DNA from: Euprymna scolopes
Lineage: Eukaryota
Reading direction: 5' to 3' (one strand)
Length of the DNA: 64,000 nt
NCBI GenBank assembly: GCA_053919585.1
Contig: CM132816.1
Shown: positions 49,301 through 62,312 of the stretch, in pieces
How the letters are laid out: each line of letters opens with the position of its first letter
Numbering within the stretch: the first letter of the stretch is position 1
The notes under the pieces: model-generated
The model's input: only the letters and a program-made list of their open reading frames with translations
Told to the model about the DNA's origin: nothing
Database searches by the model: none
Translations under genes and position numbers: made by a program

Positions 49301-52300
49301 TAATGAACGCTTATGTTGATATTAGATTATAATACATTTGATGTCAATGAAGATACACTTATGTAAAATATAGAAGCGATCGGCAACATGTGTGCAAGTC
49401 AAAAATTAAAAAAAAAGGCTGATAATATATTTTAAAAAATCGCAAGTCTCTATTCACCAACAAACATTGTCACGAACCTCTCACAACCTCTGTAGACATT
49501 CACTGGAATCCAACCTGTTTCGCTTCTGATCAATTTAATTGTTGGATAAACAGCAGACTTCTCCAGCCCTCCCCCCAAAGTGTTCAGCAACATTTTCAAT
49601 TTTCGTATCATTCCAATCCGGCTGGGGACAGTGCAATCTACACGATATCCACCCGTCGTCTCATTCACGTACACTGATATCTTTTTTTTGTGATTCTATC
49701 CGTCTTTTTTAAGTTAAATTGTTTGTATAAGTCTTGCACTTACCTTACAGCGTATATATTTCCAGGTAACTTATTTTTCTATGCCGGTCGTATGTATGAT
49801 TTTCGCATATCTTTCTCGTGTCATTAATAGGTCTGCTTAACTAGGTACAATTAGGGCAACTAACTGGTACTAAGATTGTTTGTCGTCGTATGTACACATA
49901 TGACTATGGAGTGTTTAATAGTTTCTTTTTTTTATCTTCGTAGGAAGTAATTGACATATTTAGTGATACATGACTTATATTCAACAGTTTTTTTCTAGAA
50001 TATATTTCCAGTACTTTGGCTACATTTTATTAAAAAGAAAATATTACAGATGGTCTACTGGCGATATTTTCACGCTCAATTATATCGAATTGTTTACCAG
50101 CCGCCCCTTGTAGAATATTACAACTGGATTCGAGATGCATCAACATCGCTATTCCTGTGTGGAAAAAAACCCTGCACTTGCTGTCATTTCTGAAACCACT
50201 CATCTTCAGAAAAAAACATCAGTCATAAAACATTGATACAAGACAAAAATTATTACATCTCCTATTCACAGTTGAACAACTATTTTTCCGACAGTCAATA
50301 GTGCCTTCCTAATTGTTATATCGTGGGGATGCGTTAGATCAATATAACATAAAATATCTTACCGCAGGGATTCCAGTCTTCATGTTGGTAGGTAGTAGCT
50401 CATAAGGAAAGAAACGTAACACTTACGAAAACATAAGAAAACATTTCACTGTTACATAACGATATACGTTTATTAGGAGACACGCACACACACATAACTA
50501 CAATTCAAACATAAATGGATGAACGGGAATGATGTTCATCTCGCCATTCTTAAAGTCACTCTGTTTTCCCTCCACTGTCCAATTCCGATCGTTCATCTCG
50601 CGAGAAATAAAAGTTTAGGAATAACGGACAAAGGGAGGCAACTTTGCTTAAAGGAGCAAAAAGGTACCCACATTTGCATTATAAATTTGTTCGATCCCAA
50701 CACTAATCTATATAGTTATCAATAAATTCTGTTTTGAAGTAACATCATAGCTTAAAGTTGTTCCTCAAATCCTTTCTAGCCAAACATGTATTTTCCTATC
50801 TAACAGGTCTTTATTTCAATTTACTTGTCCGTCTATAACTTTCATATTCTTTCACTTCGACTCACATTTCTGGAGGGAGGGGCCTCTGTTTTATCTGATA
50901 TTTTTGAAATTCATCTTTTCGCCTAAATTTTATCCTACGTCACTTCCGGTTTAGCGATGTGCGCAACAGAGACGACGGCACGTTTTATTGTTTTGCCCCT
51001 TTAAACTGTACGGGTTCGAGCCTGCCTACTATCACTTTTCTTTTATTTTTTTATTTTTGCTAAACACACACCTCCATATACTCGGTAAACTCCGGGCACC
51101 CAGGCTTGTATATCTGTAAGTCGGTTTGGCATGAAAACTCCATTTGAAATTCACTATATTTTCTTTCAGATATTACACGATAGTAAACATTATTATATTC
51201 TATTAGATATCTCAAGTAAATGCGATCCTATTCCAAATAATACTTATTATCAATCTTTTCAGCAAGAAAACCAAAAATTGAAAGCAACAAAGTTGTTTTA
51301 AAAACATAAGTTATTTTATAAACACATACGGAATTTTGTCTTCTCTGACATGTGTAGTCTAAGTTTTAACAACGTTTCAATATAATAATGTTAGCTTTAC
51401 AAGAAACTGATTCGCCCAATCACAATAAAAAACTGTGTAATAATATATAAATTTACAATTATATAAAGTACATACATAGATACAACATGCAGGGCCTAAT
51501 GTGACGTATGCGTCGTTTAATCTTTTAGCATGATTATGCTTCAGTTGAAAATCAAATAAAACAAATCACAATTATTTGCCCTCTCCAGTAGCATGTAGTT
51601 ACACGCTTAGGTGTATGGTAGCATAAAGAACGAACCTATATCTCACTGCTTTGTCAAAAGAAGAGATGATTGGTGTGCGTTTGTATGAAACAAAATATAC
51701 GCAACAGTTGACACAATAAAATGGAGAAGCTCATGTTTAGTCGGAGGGTAGCATTATTACATACTTTCAAAAGCTATACAAAAATAAAAATCATCGATGT
51801 GACGTTTGTCTTATGCCAAATAACATCTTTATCCTTATATTAAAAGAAATGGTAATTAATAAGAAGATGGTCTCATATAAAAGAGTACTTGTTATTTTTA
51901 GTAAGGCTATAATGTCATCCATTATGAGTTTTGAATAAGAATTAATAGTAGTTTGAAAACAACGCTCTAATAGTATATTTACACTTACACACGCGCACAA
52001 TGTTGCATGTAAGTTATTTAGAAAATCAATAAGTTTTGAACAATTCGTAAAACTCTGACCATCAATTTCTTCTTTGAAAACTTCGGAAACAGATTTGTCT
52101 GTGGATTAAAAGTGTGCACCACATAATAACATGCTTTTAACACACAATATTATAAAATGTAAACGTGATTTTTGTCTTGCATGTTTTGTAATTAGTAATG
52201 GAATGATACGGTAATTACAAAGTTGATTGAGTCTCTCGCAGCTACATGCGTATTAGTAACGGTTAACAGAGAAATGTCTTGAGTGCAAAAGAACATGCCC

Positions 52301-52443
52301 GCGTATGAATGTTCCATAGCCTTCCCGTACACACATACAGCCCATAAAAAAAATTAAGTTAGTTAGTATAAGACAATGTTGAAACAATAAGTTATTCGTT
52401 TCCCTTACTGTTTACTCGCAACAGAAATCCTGATAGATTCCTT

Positions 52444-55400
52444 TTCGAGAAAACAGCAGTAATTCGAGTAAACAGTAGTAATTCGAGTAAACAGTAGTAA
52501 TTCAAGTAAACCGTGGTAATTCGAGTAAACAGTGATAGTTCGAGAAAAACACTAGTAATTCGAGTAAACAATGGTAATTCGAGTAAACATTTGTAATTGG
52601 AGTAAACAGTAGTAATTCGAGTAAACAGTAGTAATTCGAGTAAACAGTGGTAATTCGAGTAAACAGTGATAGTTCGAGAAAAACACTAGTAATTCGAGTA
52701 AACAATTGTAATTCGAGTAAACAGTTTTAATTCGAGTAAACAGTTGTAATTCGAGTAAACAGTAGTAATTCGAGTAAACAGTAGTAATTTGAGTAAACAG
52801 TGGTAATTCGAGTAAACAATTTAATTCGAGCAAACAGTAGTAATTCGAGTAAACAGTAGTAATTCGAGTAATCAGTTGTAATTCGAGTAAACAGTCGTAA
52901 TTCGAGTAAACAGTGATAATTCGAATAAACAATAGTAATTCGAGTAACCAGTGGTAATTCGAGAAAACAGTTGTAATTCGAGTAAAACGTAGTAATCGAG
53001 TAAACACTAGTAATTCGAGTAATCAGTGGTAATTCGAGTAAACAGTAGTAATTCGAGTAATAAGTGGTAATTCGAGTAAACAGTAGTAATTCGAGTAATC
53101 AGTGGTAATTCGAGTAAACAGCAGTAATTCGAGTAATCAGTGGTAATTCGAGCAAACAATCGTAATTCGAGTAATCAGTGGTAATTCGAGTAAACAATCG
53201 TGATTCGAGTAAAAACTGGTAAATCGAGTAACCAGTGGTAATACGAGTAAAACGTAGTAGTTCGAGTAAACAATGATAATTCGAGTAAACAGTAGTAATT
53301 CGAGTAACCAGGGGTAATTCGAGTACACAATGAAAATTCGATTAAACAGTAGTAATTCAGGTAAACAGTGGTAATTCGAGTAAACAGTCGTAATTCTCGT
53401 AAACCGTGGTAATTCGAGAAAACAGGAGTAAATCAAGTAACCAGTAGTAATTCGAGTAAACATCGGTAATTCGAGTGAACAGGACTAATTCGAGTAAACA
53501 CTGTTAATTAGAGTAAACAGTGGTAATTAGAGTAAAGAGTAGTAATTCTAGAAAACAGAGGTAATTCCAGTAAACAGTAGTAATTCGAGCAAAGAGTAGT
53601 AATTCGAGTAAACAGTAGTAATTTGAGTAAACAGTGGTAATTCGAGTAAACAATGCAATTCGAGCAAATAGTAGTAATTCAGGTAAACAGTAGTAATTCG
53701 AGTAATCAGTTGTAATTCGAGTAAACAGTCGTAATTCGAGTAAACAGTGGTAATTCGAGTAAACAATAGTAATTCGAGTAAAAACTGGTAATTAGAGTAA
53801 CCAGTGGTAATTCGAGTAAACAGTTGTAATTCGAGTAAAACGTAGTAATCGAGTAAACAGTAGTAATTCGAGTAATCAGTGGTAATTCGAGTAAACAGTA
53901 GTAATTCGAGTAATCGGTGGTAATTCGAGTAAACAGTAGTAATTCGAGTAATCAGTGGTAATTCGATTAAACAGTAGTAATTCGAGTAATCAGTGGTAAT
54001 TCGAGTAAACAATCGTAATTCGAGTAATCAGTGGTAATTCGAGTAAACAATCGTAATTCGAGTAAAAACTGGTAAATCGAGTAACCAGTGGTAATTCGAG
54101 TAAAACGTAGTAGTTCGAGTACACAGTAGTAATTCGAGTTAACAGTGGTAATTCGAGTAAACAATAGTAATTCAAGTAAAAACTGGTAAATCGAGTAACC
54201 AGTGGTAATTCGAGTAAAACGTAGTAATTCGAGTAAACAGTAGTAATTCGAGTAAACAGTAGTAATTCGAGTAACCAGGGGTAATTCGAGTACACAATGA
54301 AAATTCGAGTAAACAGTAGTAATTCAGGTAAACAGTGGTAATTCGAGTAAACTGTCGTAATTCGCGTAAACAGTGGTAATTCTAGAAAACAGGAGTAATT
54401 CCAGTACCCAGTAGTAATTCGAGTAAACTTCGGTAATTCGAGCAAACAGGACTAATTCGAGTAAACACTGTTAATTAGAGTAAAGAGTAGTAATTCTAGC
54501 AAACAGAGGTAATTCCAGTAAACAGTAGTAATTCGAGCAAAGAGTAGTAATTCGAGTAAACAGTTATAATTCGAGCAAATAGGAGTAATTCGAGTAAACA
54601 GTCGTAATTCGAATAAACGGTCGTAATTCCTGATAACAATGGCCATTCGGGTAAACAGTGGTAATTCGAAAACACAGTGCTATTTCGAGCAAAATGTCGT
54701 AATTCGTGTAAACAGTGGAAATTCGAGAAAACAGTAGTAATAAAAGTAAACAGTTGTAATTCGAGTAAACAGTCGTTATTCTGATAAACAATTGTAATTC
54801 GAGTAAACAGTAGTAATTCGAGTAACTAGTGATAATTCGACTAAACAATATTAATTCGAGTAAACAATGGTAATTTGAGTAAACAATGGTAATTCGAGCA
54901 AACAGTAGTAATTCGAGTAAACAGTAGTAATTCGAGCAAACACTAGTAATTCGAGTAAACAGTGGTAATTCTAGTAAACAGTAGTAATTCTAGTAAACAG
55001 TAGTAATTCGAGTAAACAGTGGTAATTCGAGTAAACAGTAGTAATTCGAGTAAATAATGGCAATTCGAGTAAACAGTTGTAATTCGATTTAACAGTAGTT
55101 ATTCGAGTAAACAGTTGTAATTCAGGTAAACAGTGGCAATTCGAGTAAACAGTGGTAATTCAAGTAAACAGTAGTAATTCGAGTAAACGATAGTAATTCG
55201 AGTAAACCGTGCTAATTGGAGTTAAAAGTTGTAATTCTAGTACACCATGGTTATTCGAGTACACAACAGTAATTAGAGTAAACAGGTGTAATTCGAGTAA
55301 ACAGCGGTAATTCGAGGAAACAATGACAATTCGAGTAAACAGTGGTAATTTGAGTAAGCAGTAGTGATTCGAGTAAACACTGGCAATTCGAGTAAACACT

Positions 55401-57297
55401 TGTAATTCTAGTAAACAGTGGTAATTTGAGTTAAAAGTTGAAATTTTATTAAACAATCGTAATTCGAGTACACAGCAGTAATTCGAGTAAACAGGTGTAT
55501 TTTGAGTAAACAGTGGTAATTCGAGTAAACAATGACAATTCGAGTAAACAGTTGTAATTTGAGTAAGCAGTAGTGATTCGAGTAAACACTGGTAATTCGA
55601 GTAAACAGTTGTAATTCTAGTAAACAGTGGTAATTCGAGTTAAAAGTGGCAATTCTAGTAAACAATGGTAATTCGAGTACACAGCAGTAATTCGAGTAAA
55701 CAGGTGTATTTTGAGTAAACAGTGGTAATTCGAGTAAACAATGACGATTCGAGTAAACAGTGGTAATTTGAGTAAGCAGTAGTGATTCGAGTAAACACTG
55801 GCAATTCGAGTAAACAGTTGTAATTCTAGTAAACAGTGGTAATTCGAGTTAAAGGTGGTAATTCTTGTAAACAATTGTAATTCGAGTACACAGCAGTAAT
55901 TCGAGTAAACTGGTGTAATTCGAGTAAACAGTGGTAATTCGAGTAAACAATGACAATTCGAGTAAACAGTGGTAATTTGAGTAAGCAGTAGTGATTCGAG
56001 TAAACACTGGCAATTCGAGTAAACAGTTGTAATTCTAGTAAACAGTGGTAATTCGAGTTAAAAGTGGTAATTCTTGTAAACAATTGTAATTCGAGTACAC
56101 AGCAGTAATTCGAGTAAACTGGTGTAATTCGAGTAAACAGTGGTAATTCGAGTAAACAATGACAATTCGAGTAAACAGTGGTAATTTGAGTAAGCAGTAG
56201 TGATTCGAGTAAACACTGGCAATTCGAGTAAACAGTTGTAATTCTAGTAAACAGTGGTAATTCGAGTTAAAAGTGGCAATTCTAGTAAACAATTGTAATT
56301 CGAGTACACAGCAGTAATTCGAGTAAACTGGTGTAATTCGAGTAAACAGTGGTAATTCGAGTAAACAATGACAATTCGAGTAAACAGTGGTAATTTGAGT
56401 AAGCAGTAGTGATTCGAGTAAACACTGGCAATTCGAGTAAACAGTTGTAATTCTAGTAAACAGTGGTAATTCGAGTTAAAAGTGGCAATTCTAGTAAACA
56501 ATGGTAATTCGAGTACACAGCAGTAATTCGAGTAAACAGGTGTATTTTGAGTAAACAGTGGTAATTCGAGTAAACAATGACAATTCGAGTAAACAGTTGT
56601 AATTTGAGTAAGCAGTAGTGATTCGAGTAAACACTGGCAATTCGAGTAAACAGTTGTAATTCTAGTAAACAGTGGTAATTCGAGTTAAAAGTGGTAATTC
56701 TTGTAAACAATTGTAATTCGAGTACACAGCAGTAATTCGAGTAAACTGGTGTAATTCGAGTAAACAGCGGTAATTCGAGTAAACAATGACAATTCGAGTA
56801 AACAGTTGTAATTTGAGTAAGCAGTAGTGATTCGAGTAAACACTGGCAATTCGAGTAAACAGTTGTAATTCTAGTAAACAGTGGTAATTCGAGTTAATAG
56901 TGGCAATTCTAGTAAACAATGGTAATTCGAGTACACAGCAGTAATTCGAGTAAACAGGTGTAATTCGAGTAAACAGTGGTAATTCGAGTAAACAATGATA
57001 ATTCGAATAAACAGTGGTAATTTGAGTAAGCAGCATTGATTCGAGTAAACACTGGCAATTCGAGCAAACAGTTGTAATTCTAGTAAACAGTGGTAATTTG
57101 AGTAAACATAAGTAATTCGAGTAAACAGTGTTAATTCGAGTAAATAATGTTAATTATAGTAAACAGTAGTAATTTGAGTAAATAATGGCAATTCGAGTAA
57201 AAAGTGGTAATTCGAGTAAACACTTGTAATTATAGCAAACAGGAATAATTAGAGTAAACAATTGTTATCCGAGCGAACATGAGTTTTTCGAGTAAAC
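52444..57297. repeat. Satellite array of about 255 19-bp monomers (consensus AATTCGAGTAAACAGTRGT) with higher-order structure
   Basis: Direct reading; diagnostic variant GAGTAAGCAG recurs at 55352, 55561, 55770, 55979, 56188, 56397, 56606, 56815 and 57024. Confidence 0.98.
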
Positions 57298-57987
57298 CTT
57301 GGCCTTTACTCCTGATATGAACTGGAAAACGTACATCAATCTGTTGTCTGGGTCGATGGGAAGATGGTGGCTTCCTTCTGCAGCTCCAGAAGGTATCTAA
57401 CTACTGATGCAATTCCCTATCTATATAAAAGCCAAGTACGTGCAAGGATGGAATAGTGCTGCCATATCGTGACAGGAGCTGCTAAAAACAGCATATCTTA
57501 CCTTGCCAGAGTACAAAATAGACTTCGTGGCTTAGTGGGGGATGACCTTTTCTCTTCCCTGCAACTTCTCTCCCACAGAAGATACCTTGCGAGCCTGTCT
57601 TTGTTATTTCAATGGCAGGTGCTCGTCTGAGCTCCAATCTCTGATCCCCCTCGCCAATATTTTCTGAAAAACACTCGTCTAGCTGAAGCCACTGTCAAAG
57701 ATTTCCCCACTCTTTATCTGTGCCTAAATCAAAACGTAGATTCCATGAACACAGCTTCTATCTTAGAACAGCACGGCAGTAGAACTCTGTTCCGTCTGCC
57801 TGTTTCCCACCTGACTAAAACTTAGATGTCTTCAAATCAAACGTAAACAAATTCCTGATGAACCGCCCCCTTAAGTAGACGCTTTATGAAATCTCAACAC
57901 TAACGTACAACGTACTGTACATGCAATAACCCTTAACCCTGAGTGGCTTCCGAGCCTTGATAAGTGGTGACCTCCTTGTAAAAAAAA
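57298..57987 (+). mobile_element. 5'-truncated CR1/L2-group LINE abutting the satellite
   Basis: FTPDMNWKTYI, LYKSQVRARME*CCHI and FYLRTAR; family 3' UTR TAAGTGGTGAC..TGT followed by A8. Confidence 0.9.
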
Positions 57988-60639
57988 GGTCCCTAGCGCC
58001 GCAATGCGACGTTGAGTTTTGGAGGAGATAGATTTGAAAATATGAAGACAGAAAAACAGACAGACGTAGACCTTTTTATATATTAAACTGTGATAAACTT
58101 TTGAAATCGCTCTTAAAATTATCCTCAGAGTATTTAACGCATAATAAAAACACATGACATCTGCATGAATTTAAACATCATAGTGAAGTGTATTTCTCTA
58201 ACTGGGAAAAGCAACGAAGCAGTTTTTATATAGTACAATATAATAATGAATAGTGAAATGACTCCATAACAATTAATATACAATTTGCAGGAATTCAAAT
58301 ATTATATTTAAAGGTACTTTACGACCAGGAAACCTCGCGGGCATTCTAGTATATTTGAACATATAAGTGTGTATTTGCCTACGAGAATGAATATCCGAAC
58401 GATTATTTTTTCTGTATTTCTCTTTAAATATATTTTAAATAATCTGAAATGATATATTGATAATTTCTTTAAAAGCATCACCTTCAATTCTTTGTGGGGG
58501 CATTTTTCCGATAAGAGAATTTTATTCCACACATGTCCCTTCCCCTATATAACTTTCTCTTAACAAATTATATTTGTATAAGTAGAGAGGGATCCTTTTC
58601 GTGCCTGTGGCTAGTTCCCACTTTCTCAGTAGGATTGAAAGCGCATTCCTGTCTACAGGCAATTTCAATATTCCAACAATCCATATCCATATATTATTGC
58701 TGCTTTCTCGCATCCAGTTTAAAATCTAATATATATTTTAAACGCTGATATTGCATACATACTAGATCATTCATAAAGAAATGTATTCAATATTTTTATT
58801 CCAGCCCACTGAATATGAGAAGATTGCAATCATATGTCCATGACGTGAAAGATTCAATTCTTTGTTACAGATATTGCCGGTTTTACACATTAAGAAGCAA
58901 CACCTTGTCAGGAACGTCAGTCAGAAGGAGAGATAGGCCATTTAAATACTGCATGCATAGAAATTATGCCGATCAACTCCTGAGCCTATCGTCTCTTGAA
59001 GACGATGCAATTGATGAAAGCAAAGTAAGACGACGTGTGCATTGCTTCAGAATGCCATGTCAGTACCTTCTCGATCGCGGAATCGTTCATCGATGATAAA
59101 ATTACATTGAAAAGTGTTTTTACTATGTAGAAAAACTTAATTCTGTACATGTAATGACGAAAAGGGTAATAACTAGTCACTTCGGTACAGCAGTTGCTTA
59201 TTTTAACCGCTGAAAACTTACATGCATCTGTTAATATACACACTTTTAACTAAAACTAAACGACGAAAAACAATTTTAAATTACGATACAATGAAACAGG
59301 AAAATGAATAGAATTTGTTTTTTAATTAAAAATAAAGAAATACATTTTAGAATCTTCTTCGGAAATTGGAGCAACAAATATGTGAGCCGATTCAACTGCG
59401 AGACTAACACAATTTTAACACAGCCCATCCGACACTGACACAAACACATAATGTAACAACGTTCGAGAGCTGTTATCGCTTCTTACTCCCCTAAGAGGAA
59501 AAGAAATTTGAGAAAACTAATGCATCTACCATTCTGTGCGACACAATATGTTAAGAACACACAATATGTATATAAGTGAAAATTATTAAAATAACTGCAC
59601 TATTGTCATCCTTAATTATTTTACTACATAGCCCGTTTCAATTATTACATTGAGACAACTCTCAAACACAACACTTTTTTATTCCGAAAAATGCTTTANN
59701 NNNNNNNNNNNNNNNNNNNNNNNNNNNNNNNNNNNNNNNNNNNNNNNNNNNNNNNNNNNNNNNNNNNNNNNNNNNNNNNNNNNNNNNNNNNNNNNNNNNN
59801 NNNNNNNNNNNNNNNNNNNNNNNNNNNNNNNNNNNNNNNNNNNNNNNNNNNNNNNNNNNNNNNNNNNNNNNNNNNNNNNNNNNNNNNNNNNNNNTTCGAT
59901 ATTGCACGAAACAGTGGATGTGAGAAAATAAGTAATCTTATTTGATAAAAATAATGGTTCAACAATGTCTACAGTGTTTGCTGTTTCAATAATTTTCCGC
60001 GTTCTCCAGAAAATTTACAAATCGAAAAAAGAACGTTAGGCTGGTTTATATATCATTGTTCCTCAATAACTGTTCTTGTGCATATATTATACGGAAACGC
60101 ACATACATTTTTTACAAACTGAAAAGGATACTATTCATTAACAATAGCACTGCCTATTTTCTGTTAAAAAAAACTATTGAAAAGATATTAAAACAGTTCT
60201 GTAGAATTACAATATTACATATACACNNNNNNNNNNNNNNNNNNNNNNNNNNNNNNNNNNNNNNNNNNNNNNNNNNNNNNNNNNNNNNNNNNNNNNNNNN
60301 NNNNNNNNNNNNNNNNNNNNNNNNNNNNNNNNNNNNNNNNNNNNNNNNNNNNNNNNNNNNNNNNNNNNNNNNNNNNNNNNNNNNNNNNNNNNNNNNNNNG
60401 CAAATGTAAGCCAAGTAGAATGTAACTGTTAAAACAACATATACACTAGAACAACCGGAGTACCGCGACCCTAATATATGTGTTTTTCTTCAGATTGCGA
60501 TGTAGAATAAGATGTTTTTTATTCCCCGACACCGTGTTTTGTCTTTGATTATGCTCAGGGTTGCCCACTTCAAAGTAGCCCAGAAATGTAGTAGATAGGA
60601 GGAACAATCTTTTATGGTTTAGATTACCTGTAGTTTTAC

Positions 60640-61060
60640 ATAATTTTCTGGAAGTGATCGCCGTTGACTTATATGCATTTCTGAGCATGTTTAAAACGTT
60701 TACATACATTGCCTGTAGATCTACTCTGGTTATACTCCTGATAGAGTTGCTAATGTGTTTTTTTAGTTGGTCTTGATTGTGAGGATAATTTGCACAATTT
60801 TGTTTGTTTTAAAGCCTGACAAGGAAACAATCACATGATTACGAGTCCGGGGAACGTGGTAGCCAAACCCTTTACTCATTGTTCTCTCTTCCATAAACAT
60901 GTAATGCACTCGTATATAACGCAGACACGTGTGGCATGTAGCGATATGTTGTTGAAAACAGAATTGCATTTGAGCTTGTGGTTTCTGTTGGTCGTAAGTT
61001 GAAAGATTAGAGAGATCGGGCTTTTAAGAACATGACATACTGTGCATGTGTATTATGCAT
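60640..61060 (-). mobile_element. Tc1/mariner-superfamily transposase C-terminal relic (FQQDGA type, maT/rosa-like)
   Basis: FCFQQHIATCHT, then P..QDQLKKHISNSIRSI..AQKCI*VNGDHFQ, matching WFQQDGATCHT ... CxxxxGxHF. Confidence 0.6.
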
Positions 61061-61299
61061 TTTACTGTAATTTGTTACTGATTTTAAATGTCGTATCCCG
61101 GGGTTCTACTGCAACTCATTGGATTAACTTTGATTCATCTTTAACATTGCACGTTCAATTTTGACTATTAATTTAAGTATGTTAGTGCTCACGTCATTTA
61201 AAAAAAAAATAACATCAAATCGAGAAGCAAAAATTAACTCTGTGCAGTGGAACATTTTTATTAAAATGAAATTTTAGAACATTAATGCAACAAAAAATC

Positions 61300-62250
61300 A
61301 ACAGGAACAAAATTAACTAGTCAAAATTTGGTAGCAGAGACCTTCTGCAATTTGACAGCTTGCAACGTTTTTAGTGTTCCTTGAACTAGTCTGCGGCAAT
61401 ACTTCGGTGAAAGGGTACCCCACTTCTCTTATATTTTGTCCAAGGTTCTTCCATATTAGAAATTTGATGATTGCTTAGCTATCGCTTGATGAAATGCCAT
61501 AAGTGTTCGTTAGGATTGGGGTCCGGCCATTGTGCCGGCCAATCCAAACACGGAATAGCATGCTCTTTAAGGAATCTCTTGATATCGCCAGCTGTGTGAA
61601 TTGGAGCATTATCCTGCATGAAGATAGCATTATCATCCAAATTCCGACCAAAGTTGGGTAGAAAACGCACAGTCAACGTATTAATGTACTTGGTCGAATT
61701 AATCTGACCTTGCAAAGAACATAGGCTGTGTACCATTGGCACTAATAAGATTTCCCACCAAGACGGAACCGCCACCACCTTGCAGCGACGAGACTGTGCA
61801 CCTAAGATTAAATTCTTCGTCTTTCCTTCGACGGACGTACTGATTACAATCACTGAAAGCCTATGTAACTTGCTTTCGTGACTAAAAATCAGGACTACTA
61901 TGTACAGTCTATACAGATTTGATTCTGACAAAGTCCAGACAACGCTTTTGATCTTCTACTTTCTGATCAGTAGCCATTGGCTTCCTTCACTATTGTCTAA
62001 CCTGTAGAAACTGGGCACTATTAAAAAAATTATGCAGTTGTTGGATTTAGGTAAGCCGTTTAAAATTTGTTTCTGAGGCTGCGAATCTTGATAACAGTGT
62101 CTTTCCTGTAAGAAGTAACTTGGGGATGACCGGAGTTAAAGGTATCCCGAATAGTGCTGGTGTGTTAGTGTTTTCAGTCATTCGTACCGTTTTACTATCA
62201 TATTTAATACTGCGGGCGATTTCTGGATTTAATAAACCAAAACTGAAGAT
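61300..62250 (-). mobile_element. Tc1-family (DD34E) transposase pseudogene
   Basis: VLIFSHESK, FMQDNAPIHT, DWPAQWPDPNPNEHLWHFIKR; N-terminal IARSI HTH-like piece. Confidence 0.9.
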
Positions 62251-62268
62251 TAATGATATATAAAGTGA

Positions 62269-62312
<44 letters not shown>

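Noticed and set aside
50940-51040. B-box-like GGGTTCGAGCC suggesting a tRNA gene
   Set aside because: No A-box or cloverleaf found; at most a SINE or Helitron remnant.
51600-52320. Possible Mutator-like transposase relic (HCF..DWC; EKCL)
   Set aside because: Matches are too short and scattered to support.
52502-57036. Many minus-strand ORFs with FTRITTVYSNYHCLLELPL repeats
   Set aside because: The 19-bp monomer has no stop codon in any minus frame, so three monomers automatically give a 19-aa repeat. Point mutations create stops freely.
52444-57297. CRISPR-like look (constant core plus variable bases)
   Set aside because: The variable part is only ~5 bp and itself recurs, the period is 19 bp, there are no cas genes, and the context is eukaryotic.
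58870-59024. Exon-like segment (TTACAG ... GTAAGA) with one open frame
   Set aside because: No recognisable protein similarity or partner exons; the same applies to 42425-42517.
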